Shown here one piece after another: positions 30,710 to 44,639 of a stretch of DNA of 64,000 nt. This stretch comes from Azolla caroliniana (Eukaryota > Plantae > Polypodiophyta). The position numbers were made by a program, and so were the translations under genes. The stretch spans positions 3,844,001-3,908,000 of the forward strand of contig JBHGNT010000016.1 of assembly GCA_043228905.1 (NCBI GenBank). The letters are read 5' to 3'. The first letter of the stretch is position 1. Each line of letters starts with the position of its first letter. A model generated the notes under the pieces. That model ran no database searches. It was not told the DNA's origin and saw only the letters and a list, made by a program, of their open reading frames with translations.

Positions 30710-30792
<83 letters not shown>
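30670..30792 (+). repeat. (ATC)27 trinucleotide microsatellite with preceding (ATCGTG)n, in the putative SCL 5' leader
   Basis: Perfect ATC run at 30712-30792. Confidence 0.95.
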
Positions 30793-32190
30793 GAGGATGC
30801 TGTCCTTCCCTTACCATTTCTTCTTTCACTGGTAAAAGACATTCCCTTCCATCAAGCTTTCATCTTTCTCTTCATTCTTGATCCTAACCAACGTTCCTTC
30901 TGTCAATCCTTTTTCCCTCCATTAATCAGTTCCTAGAAACGTCCCTTCTTTCAATACGTTTCTTTCTTTATTTTCTCTTTCTCTTAACTCTAATCCAAGC
31001 ATACCATTCTGTGTGCAGATTAACACAATCCTTTCTTCATTTCCTCTTCTTCTGATCATTGTCCTCCGATTCTTTAACCCTAAGGTAAATCCTCAATGTG
31101 TGCTACTGAAATGCTCCTAAATTCTAAAGCTTCATTTCAATCTTTCTCCGACAATTTTATATTCATTTGCCGCGATTTTTAAATATTAAGGCTCATCTTA
31201 ACGTCACGTTTAAAAGAATATTTTGTACTTCAATTAATGCTCATTCTACCCGACAAACTACTTCTCAGACATGAATGTTTGTTTCCACACATTTCAGACA
31301 TTAACGTTTTAGAATTTGCACCTTCATAACCTTCTGAAATTTTCACAGACAATATCGATCAATGTGTTTCAAATAGCAATAATTCAACTTCAATATTGTG
31401 ATGAATCCTAAGGCTACATTGTGCGCTATTCTATGTTTTGTTTGTAATCTCTCATAGACATAATCTCTCTCAGACATCATGATTATAAATTGTAACAAAT
31501 CCTAAGGAAATGTCTGTGTTTTTTGTATTAAAAAAAGTCCCTTTAAATCTTTGTCAGACTTTGATGCTACAATTCCTTTAAATCAATAACCTTTGATGCT
31601 GGTTCGTACTATATATATCATCCATAACCGTTTCTAGTCATTAGTTAGTCCGAATTCAGAATACTATCTTGATGTATATTACAACATTGTATTGCTCTTC
31701 TTCAATCGTTTTCAATCATTAGTTATTCTATTAAGGTCTTGTCACCTTCTGCTTTAAATGTCTTTACGTGTGAAAATTTCAATCATGTGATATATCAGTT
31801 TAATTTTTTTGATATCATGGATTCACTATTATAGGCAATCTCTTTGATAAAGTCAGATCTAAGTACTGCTCCCTATGTAAAAGATTGGTTTAACACAATC
31901 AATGCTGCCTCTAGTAGGTACTTGATAAATACAAACCCAGAATGGGTTTGCTATATGTCCTTTTTTACTGTAATGTGAAGTTTTGTCTTAGTGCAGATAG
32001 TAAATATATGTGTGCTCAATAGAGATTCACCGTCTACACGAGTGCTACAAAACACACTCATGCACATTTATGTATGCCAAATAGTGATTCACTATCTACA
32101 AAACTGTATAATGTCAACTCAGTTTTTGTAACTGTTGGATTCTTTCCAGAAGTTCCATTTATTTATTTTTCGGTGCAAAGAAGACTTGAG

Positions 32191-34787
32191 ATGGGGCGGC
32201 GAAGTCCTAGTTACAGCCCTCCAAGGTCAAGGTCGAGGGGCTATGGTGGACGGGGTAGAAGCCCCGAAAGAGGTCGTTATAATAGGCGAAAAGAGGCACC
32301 TTGTGGCCTTCTTGTTCGCAACATTCCTAAAGACAGCAGGTTTAACATTTCGTTCTATTGGGTTTGATATTGAAAGTACTATACAAACGTACATACACGC
32401 CTACATACAAACGTACGTACATAATGTGTATAAAATATGTATGTGTTGTGCGTCTGTATAATTAAAACATCGGAAATATCATCTGTGGAAATGCAAGAGA
32501 AAAGGGATGATTCACCATAAAAATTGGTCATTTATATATATATATCTATCTATCTATATATCTATATCTATATCTATATATAACTATATATCTATATATC
32601 TATCTATCTATATATATATAAAATAAAAACTCGTGGCATTTTGATGTTTTCCCACATACATACATACATACATACATACATACATACATACATACATTAC
32701 CTCCAAGTATTGTACAGATATGTGTATTCTGTTATTGTCTAATTATTTGATAAACGGATTTTGTAATTGTACTTTGCAGGCCAGAAGAAGTTCGAACTCC
32801 ATTTGAGAGATTTGGGCGTGTCAGAGATGTCTATCTTCCAAAAGATTATTACACTGGGTAAGCTAATTGCTTGTAAATGCTCTACAGATCAAGTATTTTC
32901 TTCACCAATGCAGACATATTGAGGTGCCTGTTGATCATTGCTTGGGGATGAGAAAAAGAAGATTGAAGGAAGTCTTGGCAATGCTTGTTTCAGTTTGGTC
33001 TTAATTTTAATCAGGCCAATGCTCTTTAAACCATTTATCATGATTAGAGATTGTTACTAGAGCTATTGGGCTGCTTATAGATTGTAAGTTTTGTCTTGAG
33101 CTAGTATTCGCCATTTTGTATTGACATAGAAAAGCTGGTTGTGAGTTTAAGATTGGCTCACAAGAGACCCACCTAGCTGAACCTTTTTCAGCAAGCTCTT
33201 TTCTATTTGCCTAACATTTTGGCTTCTTCAAGGCTATTTATAAGGTGACGTTCAAAGAAAAGGTCCTCAAAGAATGAAGAGATTGCCAGTTTCTAAAGAA
33301 ATCAGATTGAAGAAAACGAAGAATCGTAGATAGTAATGAAGCAAATTAAGTGAAGGATTTGAAAATTGAAGTCCTATGCATTATAGTTGAAGATAAATAC
33401 TTCTGAAGGTTAGCAGCCAAGAGCTTGGTTTCTTACATGTATATGAACCACATGTGAAGATTCCTGAGGAGAGCTATTATATTTGAGTTGGTATAATATG
33501 TTGATCTATGCATCTTTAGGGGAGGTTTTCTTATACTTGGACATTTAAGATTAAAATTAGAAGAGTATGAAGTTTTATATTTCAAAGGAAGTTATTTTTT
33601 TAATGTCTGGATATATTTCTTGAAAAATCTATAATGTACGAGTTTAACATTTTTGTTTTATTTGTCTGTAGAGAAGCTCGGGGTTTTGGATTTGTACAGT
33701 TTCTGGATGCTGTTGATGCTGCAGAAGCAAAGAGACATATGGATCATCAGATTTTTCGAGGCCGTGAGATTACTGTTGTATTTGCAGAAGAAAACAGGAA
33801 GAGGCCGGAACAAATGAGAGCCAAAGCAAGACCAAGGTCAGTAACCGAATTTATATTACTTATCTATCAATGCCAATAAAGTCTTAGATTACACAATATT
33901 TCCGAAAATTCAGCTTTTGGTGTATGTAATATTATGATAATATTGTGTGTGTGTGCCTGTCTCTGATGGTGAGAGCAGATCAGGGCGCATGACCTATGGG
34001 GGACATAGGCGGTCTCCTTATTCTGGTACTTTATTTAGTTCATCGAATGAGTGGATTTTTTGATTGTGACGGTCTACTCTGGCTGACAATGGAATTTCTT
34101 ATCCTAATGTTGTAGCAGGTCGTTCACCATCACGATCTCCTCGTTGTAGGTCAAGTTCTCCAAGGGGTCGTCGGTACTCCAGGTGCTTGGCTTTAACCTG
34201 TGAATTTTGGAACTTGATGTATTATAGTTATACTTCGCTTCCTTGAGTAATGACAATCTTCTGTAACCTTCAAGTTTAGGATCATTATTTGTGATCATCA
34301 TTCTTTGCTTCGTTGGTTAATGATAATCAGTCTAGTCAATTTCATGATAGGCACTATCGAAGTTCATTGCAATTGTCTAATGTGTATTGAAAGGTTATTA
34401 CTGTGATGTTACTTTTTGAGTATTTATTTTCGTCTTTGGGAAGAACAGGGAGTTTTTCTAATTCACCATCAGATCAAATAGTGGCGTGAAAAGCTTTTTA
34501 CTTCTTGAATTGTCTTTACATGATGATTTTGTAGTTCTTAAATTGATAGCTTATTTTGCTTAGTTATGTTAAATCTGCAGGTCAGCTTCTAGATCATCTG
34601 AATCAGGATATTCTAGGTCTCCTCGCCGGTATTCTAGATCTCCTCGCCGGTATTCAAGGTCGCGGTCACGATCTTTGAGAGAATCAAGCACTCCAAGTGC
34701 TGTGTCACCATCTCCAAGAAGAAGGCATTCACCTTCCCCGAGCCTCTCAAACTCCAGAAAGCGCTCTTCTCCAACACCTGAAGCAAG
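32191..34787 (+). CDS. SCL: SC35-like serine/arginine-rich splicing factor (SCL subfamily); terminal coding exon probably near 37267-37430 (uncertain)
   Basis: Exons 32191-32339 (MGRRSPSYSPPR...LLVRNIPKDSR), 32780-32857 (PEEVRTPFERFGRVRDVYLPKDYYTG), 33672-33836 (EARGFGFVQF...VVFAEENRKRP), 33979-34025, 34119-34182, 34581-34787 (RS/SP-rich). An N-terminal charged extension, one RRM and an RS tail define the SCL subfamily. Putative 5'UTR exons end at 30831 and span 31019-31084. Confidence 0.92.
33192..33408 (+). promoter_or_regulatory. Candidate GAAG-rich poison cassette exon / splicing regulatory element in the SCL RRM intron
   Basis: Acceptor TTTTTCAG at 33184-33191, eight GAAG motifs in 33276-33408, donor GAAG|GTTAG at 33408/33409, in-frame TAA at 33241-33243. 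Confidence 0.55.
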
Positions 34788-37700
34788 GTACTTGTTTTTT
34801 CTTTCCGCTTTGAGTAAACATTTGACTTCTTTGAATTGAGAGAACAGATGCATGTGTCTGATGTCAGCTTCTTGCTTTTGATCAGTGATAACAGATAGTC
34901 CTATTTTAAAGTTTCCATATGTCGATCTGGACTTTGCCTTGTGTATTATACTACTGACGCCATTTTCCAGGCAACTAGCTCTCATATTTGCCTGTTAAAA
35001 TCCCCCTTATCATACCCTTTAATAAGAAGCTAGATCACCCTCAATACAGAGATTTCAATACTTCGATATACTGGCTTTTGTCCAACATTATTATAATGCT
35101 TAAGAGGTGCATCTAAAGCACTGAAAATATAGACAAAATGTATTACTCTTAGCTAATCCTTGCTTCTGGTGCACATTTAATAAAGGATGAAAATGTTTTT
35201 ACCCTTTATTGGATTACAATGTCTTCGCACTGAGAATGTGCTCACTCAATTTGCTTATTTCCCAGACCCAAAAATCTGTGTCTTGGCCTACATCATGCAT
35301 AATGTTCAGACATTCATTAGCTAGAGGGCATATTATATTTGCCAGTAGATCTGATTAGTTCGAATCATCTAAAAAAGAGATGTTATAAACTATACAAACC
35401 AATATCTTCATTATCTTGAGTCTTTGTATAAAAAGGGTATATGGGCAACAAAGATATTTAAGCTTCACAATCAAGCCTCAGGTATTTTGAGCTTGAAAAC
35501 TCAGTTTTATATCACAATCTCAACTTCAAGATTTCAAAAGAATGATATCACTGCATACTATTTGCCCCAATTTTTGGACCCCAAAATTCGAAAACAGCCA
35601 AAAAATAGTTAGCAAAAAAGAACAGGAAAAATGGGAAACGAAATTGAAAAAAACATGTTTGTTTTGGCAAAACAGTGACTAGTAACACTATTTTTGTATG
35701 CATTTTTAAAGATCTCTGGTTATTCTGCAGTTAACTTTGTGCATATTGTTGGCTTGTTCGCTTAATCATGTATTTGCGCACATAGTCATGTCTTTTGGTT
35801 TTCTCTTGACAACAACAGTTAAGATTACAAATTATGCATGGGTATAGAGTAAAATGGAAAAAACCTAGTTGAAAAATATAATAAACGTCTGTCAACAGTA
35901 TCATTTCCAAAACTTTGAAATTTGCTGGTGTAAAATTTGCCTTCAAAAGTTTTTAAACCTAAATTGATTAGATAACATTTCAGCAAAAATAAAATGAAAT
36001 CATGATCCTACTGCTAATTGTTTTCTTGGACTTTGATTGTGCTGGATGAGAACTAGTGTTATGTGATTGTACATGTAAAGTTTAATACCCAGACTTACTT
36101 TATTAGTTTTGATAACTACCTTTTAACTACTGGAGTTCCATGAAGATAGTGTTTTAAATAAAGATGTGGGGATCTTTGTTTTTGGTTGGTTGATTGTTAC
36201 TATCTGTTTCTTTTTCTTTAGTCATTGAATAAGTCATTCTGCTGTATTCTTTGTCAATACTAAAGTCTTCTTTTATGTTGACATATTGTTGTAGATCATC
36301 CCCAGCCGATGATTCACAGTAGTCCTTGCACTTAGCAAGAATCAGATTGACAGTTACTGAGTCTTTATGCTCCTTGTGATTCACAATGTAGAAATTATGT
36401 TTCTGAAACTTGGTACTAATAAAATAAACAAATTTATTGGACATTTTAAAGCAATTATCTTTGTTACAGACTGATCAGACTAAAAAGCATTCTTATGTTG
36501 TGAAATGAATCTCTCTATATCCAGACTCTCTGAACTTCAGTAACTGTAGAGAAAATGTTGCCTTTTATTTTAGGATGTACACAATTTTTAGGATGTACCA
36601 ACATTATATTCTCAACTGAACATCTTTTGAGGTTTTATTCAATAATGACATCTATCACTTTGATCCGGATGTTCCATTTTTGACAATACTTATCTTGACA
36701 AACATCATCTGAGGAGGCCTATGTTTTGGCTTATGCAAAAGAAAAGATTAATTCTGCTTTCCAATTGGTATTTGCTTTTCCTCTCTTTTTAGTACTGTCT
36801 GTAATGTCATTACTGTCATTAGTTCAAGTGATTGATGGGATTGAGTTATTGACATAAAAAGGTGTGGTTTGATCTTGCATCTTCTAAATCATAATTCGTC
36901 CTCCCCCTCTTATGATGCTGTCCTGTAATGATGATGCTAACTTCAACTCAAGCTTACTAGAGGGATCAATGGGAATTTGGTGATGATGACCATAAAGATG
37001 AGAAAGTCTAGAAATAACAACACAGTGTTGCCAAATGTCTAAGGAGAGATGCATTGTCTTTATTGGCATCAATAAGATTTATGCTGGATGCCATTATGCA
37101 CAGCCAACCCATGGATGAATAACCATACATTCAGCATGGAATGACAAGACTTGTAGATTAAAATATTTAGGGTAAGTATGAAGTAAAAAGCATTATTACC
37201 TTGTCCCTGCGTTGTCCTGCATATTTTCACTTCTTCAAATGTGCTTTTACATCACAATGCATGCAGAAGAACCTTTGAATCTTCAATACCACCGTTTCTT
37301 TTAGATATTCTCTCTTCTTAAGATATGCCTTTCCTTCACTGCTAGCAGAAGAACCTTCACATCCTGGATACGTGGCAGGTTTTAACCTGGTGCTCCCTTT
37401 GAAGTGTGACCTCAGAGAATTGTGGATACCATGAATAGTGTTACCTCCCATTGCACGTGTTGGTGATGGGAGGTTGTCAAGAAACCATTTGAGGTGGTTG
37501 ATGGAAGTATTTTCAACCACCTCTATTATGGTATCAGCAGGAACATGGCTATTTATTTCACCACCTTGTTTTTATTGCAATGTATGGATCACAACTGCCA
37601 TTTGATACCCTCCATGTCAAAAAAATTAAATGCCCCTTATCATTCACAACATTTTGACATTTTGAAGTTTTATTTTCTACAAAGAGAATGATAAGAGGTT

Positions 37701-38100
37701 CTTTTTCCTATTGAAAAACGTATACATTCAAATGGCATCACCATAAATTATTTAATAGAGGAAACTTTCATAATGAAATTTAATAGGGACATTCAACCAC
37801 AAGCTGGGATACTCCATAGGATTTCCAGAGCCATAGGAATTCTGTCAGTGGCAAATTGTAGATATTGTAAAATGAAATGTTGGGCATTTCCAAAACCCAA
37901 GGAAAACAAAATATAACCACACAAATGTAGGATTGGAGATATTAACAAACCTTCTAATAAAGAGGTGTACAATGAATGTGATAAGTTAAATGAATCGGAG
38001 GAAGACACTCTACTGCCCTTGAAAGGGCGGCTAAAGTTGTGAACAAAATCCAGCACTTGCTATGAGAGGATATACTTGGAATTAGAGCAAGATCAAATCC

Positions 38101-41100
38101 TTACCATGGAAGTTCAAACTTTTCATAGTTGAAAAACTTGGCAGAGTCCTCTGGTTTGAGTGAGTCAATGACACGCAAGAGTTTTTCAACAGAATCTGAA
38201 GGTGTAAATAGTTTTCCAGGATCAACATTACGAGAAAATGGCTTCGAAAGATCTGTATCAACAGTTCCAGGATGTAGCAGGACAACAATAATAGGTTCCT
38301 TCAATTGTAAGCACTCCATGCCTATGGTTCTTGTTACTGCCAAAAGAAAAAAGAAAACCTCAATCTCAGAGTTTCCTCAATTTCACAATGAGTAACACAA
38401 CTTCAAGGTAACATGAAAAACAGGAAAACAAAGCAGCGAACAAATCAAACCTTATTGATGTCATCCATTCTTTTTTATTTTAATATAAGAACATATAGAA
38501 GGATAGCGAATTATCCCAGGCTCTTTGCACAAATGTCAGATGAAGAGACATATGTCTTACTGTAAAATATATAGCATTGAATTCCCTCAGACGAAGGTTC
38601 CAAGAAAGAGTAGCATTATATTTTTTACAAATGTAAAACAGAAAAAGCCGCACATCTGTAGAATGGTTGTAAAAGAGATCTACTCAAAGTACATCAACCG
38701 CAGGTTCAGAATGCTGGTAATTTACATACTACTCATTATTGAAAGATTGGAGCAATGAGTGTGTCTGATATTTCTAAAAGTGGCCTCTGTATAGATTTTT
38801 CATCAATAGATGGAAAAATGCTTCTTTCTACAGGCATTACAACGATGTCCAATGAGGCTTCCTACATGCATAAAACACTTTTCCTATGCAATCACTTCAT
38901 AACCTGTACAAGCAACTAATTTTGTTTCACAATCCTTAGAAAAATGGGGCCTTGCATCAGTATTGAGATATACCATTTACTCTCTCTCCCTCTCAGGTTT
39001 CTTGCTGCATTATAGTTCCACTAGGTGGGGGTGAAAAGCTGATTATATCCTTGATGCAAGGGACGCCACCCAAACCATAAAATCCTTCATTCTCCCACAC
39101 TGCCCAATTAGCATTGACCAAACTTATTTTTTCATAACCCTTGCCAATGACACACAACTGTGAACACCAACCACAACTCTACTTAGAATCATCCACTTTA
39201 CGCATCATCATTACTATTATCCCTAACCACATCATCAAATCAACATCCTCCATAACCATATCATCACCCTTACCAAAATTAACATCTACACTAGCAATTG
39301 GCAATGGTTTGGTTCAGTTCAAGAGTGTCAAACTCAAACTGTTTAAAACTGAATTGTTTAAAAATTTTGAAACTTAAACCAAACTGAACCAAACCATGAA
39401 ACTGTTTAAACCGAACCATTACAAAAACATTCAAGCTCAAACCATATGGTTTTAGAGACTTTCAAACCGTTAAACCGTTAAACTGTTAAATCAAAATTAG
39501 GCTTAAAATGTTCAAAACAATATTCAAGAAAATTATCGAGTGTCAATCCTAAACCGTCAAACCGTTAAACCGATAGAGGCTCGAACCGGTAAACCCCCAA
39601 ACTGAATCGGCACATGAACTGTCATGCCAAGAGCTCAATGCGTCTTTCTACCTTGATCATCTCATTTATGTCCCAAATAAATATAAGCTCCATACTTTTT
39701 GTGCTTGGTTCCTACCTCACCTACGCACTTCACGTCAGGCTCAAGACTTGAATGTCGAGAAGATCACGAACCTAACAGTTGTGTTACAAGGAGGACTTCG
39801 AGATTGTGAGATGGTGATCCATACAAATGACGACTTAAGATCCATGATAATTATTGACAAGATGGTCAATAACATAGGATAATACAAAAGATGTGCTACG
39901 TTCAAATCTTAGACCAGATAGCTTCAAAAGCTTTGTCTCCTCTTTTCTTTTGACATCATGTCAATTACTTTCTTTTGGCACCATGGCTTTCTTGCATGTG
40001 CACATAGTGATGATGTATATGGTTCCATGACTCATAATTCTTTTGGTGCTCTATCTTACTTCATCACCTTCATTGCTGATGCTAGTAGAAAAGTATGGTG
40101 GTATCCCTTGTGAGCGTATCCACAGTATATTGCTGCATCCAAGGGATACAAAGAAGAGACTTGTGCATTCTTGGTGGGGGTCCTACACTGCATGGTGATG
40201 GCCGCACATGGAATTGAATAACAATCTCTAGGAAGTGTCACAAATTTTCCTCTGGTACATATTTTCGTTCTCCATTTGACTGCTATTCACTTTCTGGTGG
40301 GAGGTGGTTGAGGTAGAGACAAGTAGCCTGCCTAACATGGTGTCTACAGTCATGTGAACCCTAGATATAAACACGTAGATTTTCTTGAGCTAATGTATAA
40401 AGGTGGTACTCATTCGCACCCCAGTGTACTTTGCAAAATCTCTACCAGTGAAGTTTTTTAAATAAACAGGATTGAACAAGAACATTTGTATTGAATGAAT
40501 CACTTATAGTTCAGCGATCAAAATAGTGGTGCAAACATGCTCTAAACGAATTAAAATGGATCAAAACAAGGCAATAAAACCTATTGATCAGATACAAGAA
40601 CCATAAAATCTCATTTCCACAGTCAAACTTGAAATCTGTAAAAGGACATATAACTTACATTGATTTAAACCAGTCTTTGACGCCCTGTATGAATACCAGC
40701 CACCTAATTTGTTATCATCTATAGAGCCCACTTTTGCACTCAGATGTGCAAGCACAGCACCACCTCTTCCACTACCTTCCCCTTTTCCCAACTTAAGAAG
40801 GGGCAACATGTGCTGTATGTAGAGCAAATTAATCAGGAACACATTCAGTTATAAGAAAAGAAAGTATTTAAAAAATTCTCAGTACTCAATTGCACCTTTG
40901 CAACAATTGTAGGACCAATTGCATTTGTTTTATAAGCAGATATTGCATTATCTTGGGTCAATTGATCTATCTTTCTTTCTGGAGAGCAACCATTTAAATC
41001 AACGTAAGAAACATTGCCTGTATTGAACTGGATGAGCTCAATCTCTAAATGAAGCCATCCATCTAGTTGTAATTGTAAGGAACACAAAACATATACTCAA

Positions 41101-43528
41101 CTGAAAGTTCGGTTAAGGAAATCCAAAACTTAGCCTGCTCATTCTATCACAATAATGCACAATATTTTATCTACTTATAGGTTAATATACTTACAATGTT
41201 AAATTTCAACGATAATTGAAAAAACCCAGAGAATCCAATATCTCGCATTTGGAATGCTGATTTGAAAATAATAGATTTCCTTTAATCATTAATTTATTAC
41301 ATTTCACTATATTACATAGAGAGTGTTTTGATGTATCTACCTCCATCTGAAATTTCGCCATACTATTTTACAGTAGGTGTGCTCCTAATATCATCTATTA
41401 ACAACTGAAATTTGATGGTTTTTTATATTTCATTTACTTCTCTTTAATGACAAAATAGTCCATTAAATTTTTGCATATTATTAATTATGATAAAAGAAAT
41501 AATTTCAAATACTATATATGCTACGCATGCCTTACATATTTACACATCAAGTTATGAGGCATAATAAAATTTTCCAACAGTAAACTATACTTATGTCTTA
41601 ATAATCATGATATATACACGAATACATAAGATACACAAACAAACGAAGAAAGAACGAATTATTTAAGTCTTTCAAGAGGCCAAAATGACCCAGAGGACCA
41701 AACAAGAGATTATATCTTAAAAAAATTTGTCTCATTTTGAAGGACAGCAAATCTAAATAAATACAACTAAATATAGTGTACTAAAGGATCTAGTTATTTA
41801 AGCATGTAAGATTCTGAACATAGATAGACTGAAACTTCCAGCTTTGAAAATTTTCCAACATTGGCTGCTCTGAGGTGGAGAGAGCTCTGAAGATTTGGAA
41901 GCACCTTTGGTTCCAGGTTATACTGGCCTTTATTTGTCGATGACAAGTGTGACAAGGGCATGATCTAGATGGTCGTTGCCTAAGTGCACAGCACTTTGCT
42001 ATTGTCCAATCTATTATAGTCCCTTCTCATCTCCTGGTCCACATAGATAGCTATCCTATGAGCATATGCATAAATTCATTGCCAACAAATTTGCGAGAAG
42101 CATCTCAGACTAACAGATACATAATTAAACAGCAAACCAATGTAACTTTAGAAAACAAAAGAAGGAGAGGTTTGTGCATGTTGCACCATGTGACAAATAG
42201 GACTTGAATCTTCATTATAAACCCCTATTGACTAAAGTCAGGTACTCAAAGACAGCAATGATTTATCATGTTGAACTGGCATTGCTGGTTCGTATAAATT
42301 GAACTTCATTACATATCTCATCAAATATAATTAAGCTTAAGGCTCAACAAATTTGCACTGTTTGAGAATGACAATTTGCAAGCGAAACAAAACTGCAGCA
42401 TAAATATTCCAAAAGCATGATAGAGAGAATAGAAAATGATCAATATTTACTATAAAGGGACGCTTGTAATTTGTAAATGTCCATGCAAAATCATACCAGG
42501 TTGCATCCCATCGGGATTATGAAGGATTCCAACTGTGTTGATGTATAAGTCCAAGCGACCATATTTATTCAATATCTTATCTGCGACATCCTGTGACACA
42601 TACACAACATTAAAATACACGTGTGAGTACAAAAACATATACATACTAAGAGATTAAGGGACCTGCTCCGAAATTCACAGGTTGATAGTTTTTTCTCATA
42701 GCCTCCTGTACACAGCGCGTACATGTACAGATTTCTTTCATAGGAAAAATCAAAATTTTCATGATCTAAATATATACATGTATATGTACCTTAGCTGTGC
42801 GTTCATCTGTTACATCTAGCTTCAACACTGTGAGTTGAGATGGATACTTCTCTTTCAAAGCCATAAGATTGTATGCCGTGCTAGGATTGCGACAGGTTGC
42901 AACAACCGGAGAATCAGGATGTTGCGCTAGAAGTTGACTAGTCTGCAGAAAAAAACACACCAGGTTCATCAAAGCCTAAACGCGTATAAGCAATAAGAGA
43001 GGAGAGAAAGTGTGGCTAGAAACATAAGCTTAGATTAAGCTACTTCTGTTTACAGAAACGAGAAACGGGGAGAATGTCAAGGTTCAGGCTTTTGGGGCGA
43101 AAAAGATAGAAAATGTGTGTTAATGAGGGAGAGGTAGATCTCACGAATTCGAAGCCAATGCCACGGGAAGCACCAGAAACCAAAGAAACGGGGCTAGGGA
43201 AACGGTTCAAATGATTCTTGAGAGCAGTATGCTGCGTTTCTGATGAATAGTTCGCCGAAGAATCACCTTGAAGATCCTTGAAGATCCTTGAAGCCATTGA
43301 AGATCTCGATGATGGTGGAGGTGGTGGAGGAGGAGGAGCTAATTTCATGCGGCTACCATGCGGGATGGGGGCAGCTGCGGGGGAGACTAAGAAGAAGAGG
43401 TGGGTACGGAAAGCCGAAGCTCTGGCGATGGCAGGATGAGAGGGGAGGGGGGAGGAGGAGGCTGCGAAGCGCAGAGGAGGGGGAATCCATGGGGGATGGA
43501 GGGGCGATCGAAGCAGCGCCATGGCCAT
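38101..43528 (-). CDS. Short-chain dehydrogenase/reductase, CsgA (C-factor)-like, with a probable organellar transit peptide
   Basis: Exons 43145-43528 (Pro/Ser/Ala-rich N-terminus; VSGASRGIGFEF), 42790-42942 (VVATCRNP...LDVTDE), 42497-42590 (GRLDLYINTVGILH), 40896-40978, 40659-40812 (SAKVGSIDDNKLGGWYSYRASK, catalytic YxxxK), 38101-38336 (LLHPGTVDTDLSKPF...ELPW*). Confidence 0.92.
39292..39636. mobile_element. Possible hAT-type MITE remnant in an SDR intron
   Basis: Dense AAACCG/AAACTG subterminal-type repeats bounded by weak inverted ends (..TTGGCA / TGCCAA..). No TSD confirmed. Confidence 0.4.
39650..40110 (+). mobile_element. Copia gag/integrase remnant in an SDR intron
   Basis: GALSYFITFIADASRKVWWYP at ~40044-40106 matches the Copia integrase motif (YFVTFIDDxSRKVWVY). 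The left boundary is approximate. Confidence 0.55.
41635..42030 (-). mobile_element. 5'-truncated copy of the same LINE 3' end seen at 3600-4140
   Basis: Colinear similarity: GAGGCCAAAATGACC..GACC.AACAAGA.ATTA.ATCTTAAAA...TAGATAGAC..AAACTT...CTTTGAAAA...CCAACAT...GCACCTTTGGT. It is preceded by a degenerate (GAAA/CAAA)n tail. Confidence 0.75.
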
Positions 43529-44415
43529 GGATCGTGTCTGTGTCTGTGTCTGCATCTGTGTCTGCGTATGGTTTTTGGAGGTTGACTCATTTTGTTCCTT
43601 CTGTTTTAGATTTGGTTTGTTTCTGTTATTCTTGGGGGGTGAAAAGCTTTGGACTCCGACATATATAGTACGTAATATACTCGAATGCATTTGGCAAACA
43701 TTCTTCTCTTTTTCCATACGCATGCGTATGTTATCAAAACATTCTTATTTATTTATTTATTTTATTTTTTTGCACTTCTTACCTTAACTTTCGTACCTTA
43801 AAAAATAAAATTACCTTATAATAAATAATGAATACAAAGTATGGTATTTACCATACTTCGAGGGGTGTTTAACATTCTCGAATGCGAATGAGCGTATGTT
43901 ACGTATGGTTCATACTACGCTAGTTTGGAGGATGGGATGGACCCGCTCTTCTTTCCCATGATCACGCGTGTATGTCATGTATTTATGTATGTATGTATGT
44001 GGCTCGTTTCTATTTGTATGTATGTATGTATGTGGCTCGTTTCTAAGTGGAGCATTTGAGTAGAGTGTGATATATTGAATGTCATGAGCTTATTCTAGCA
44101 AAACACGCATAATCAATTAAGCTTCCTTGTCAATGACCCAAGTTCCCATCTCATGTCGAAGAGACTCGAGAGTGTGGGCCATGTTCTATGGAAGCAATAC
44201 ATAGTGCAAATAGTGGACAAGGGCATGGGTGAGTGTGGTTGCATGTTCAAAGAAGGACATGGTTTTGTAATTTGCTACAACATTTGTGATATAAGTGTGA
44301 AACATGAACCTCATCATCCTCTGAATCCATGATACATTTGTGTGAGCAAGTGTGTATAATCCACATTCTCTCGAGGCTAGAAACATTATGTATAGAATCT
44401 AAACATAATGCTACA

Positions 44416-44453
<38 letters not shown>

Positions 44454-44639
44454 ACACATCCCACCTAATTATGGGTTTATCTAGCAATAACTACAAAATA
44501 TTGCATTGATGTAAGGTCCTTTACCTTTACAAACAAAAGAACAATCATAGATGGATTGGTGTTTACAGTGTTGGGCATAGTTTTTACAAGTGACTACTAA
44601 TCCTTTGTATCATTGCTCTATTTATGTCTCTTGGATGGC

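Noticed and set aside
30409-30936. Poly-Ile (+) and poly-Met (-) ORFs
   Set aside because: Artefacts of the (ATC)27 microsatellite; no domain content.
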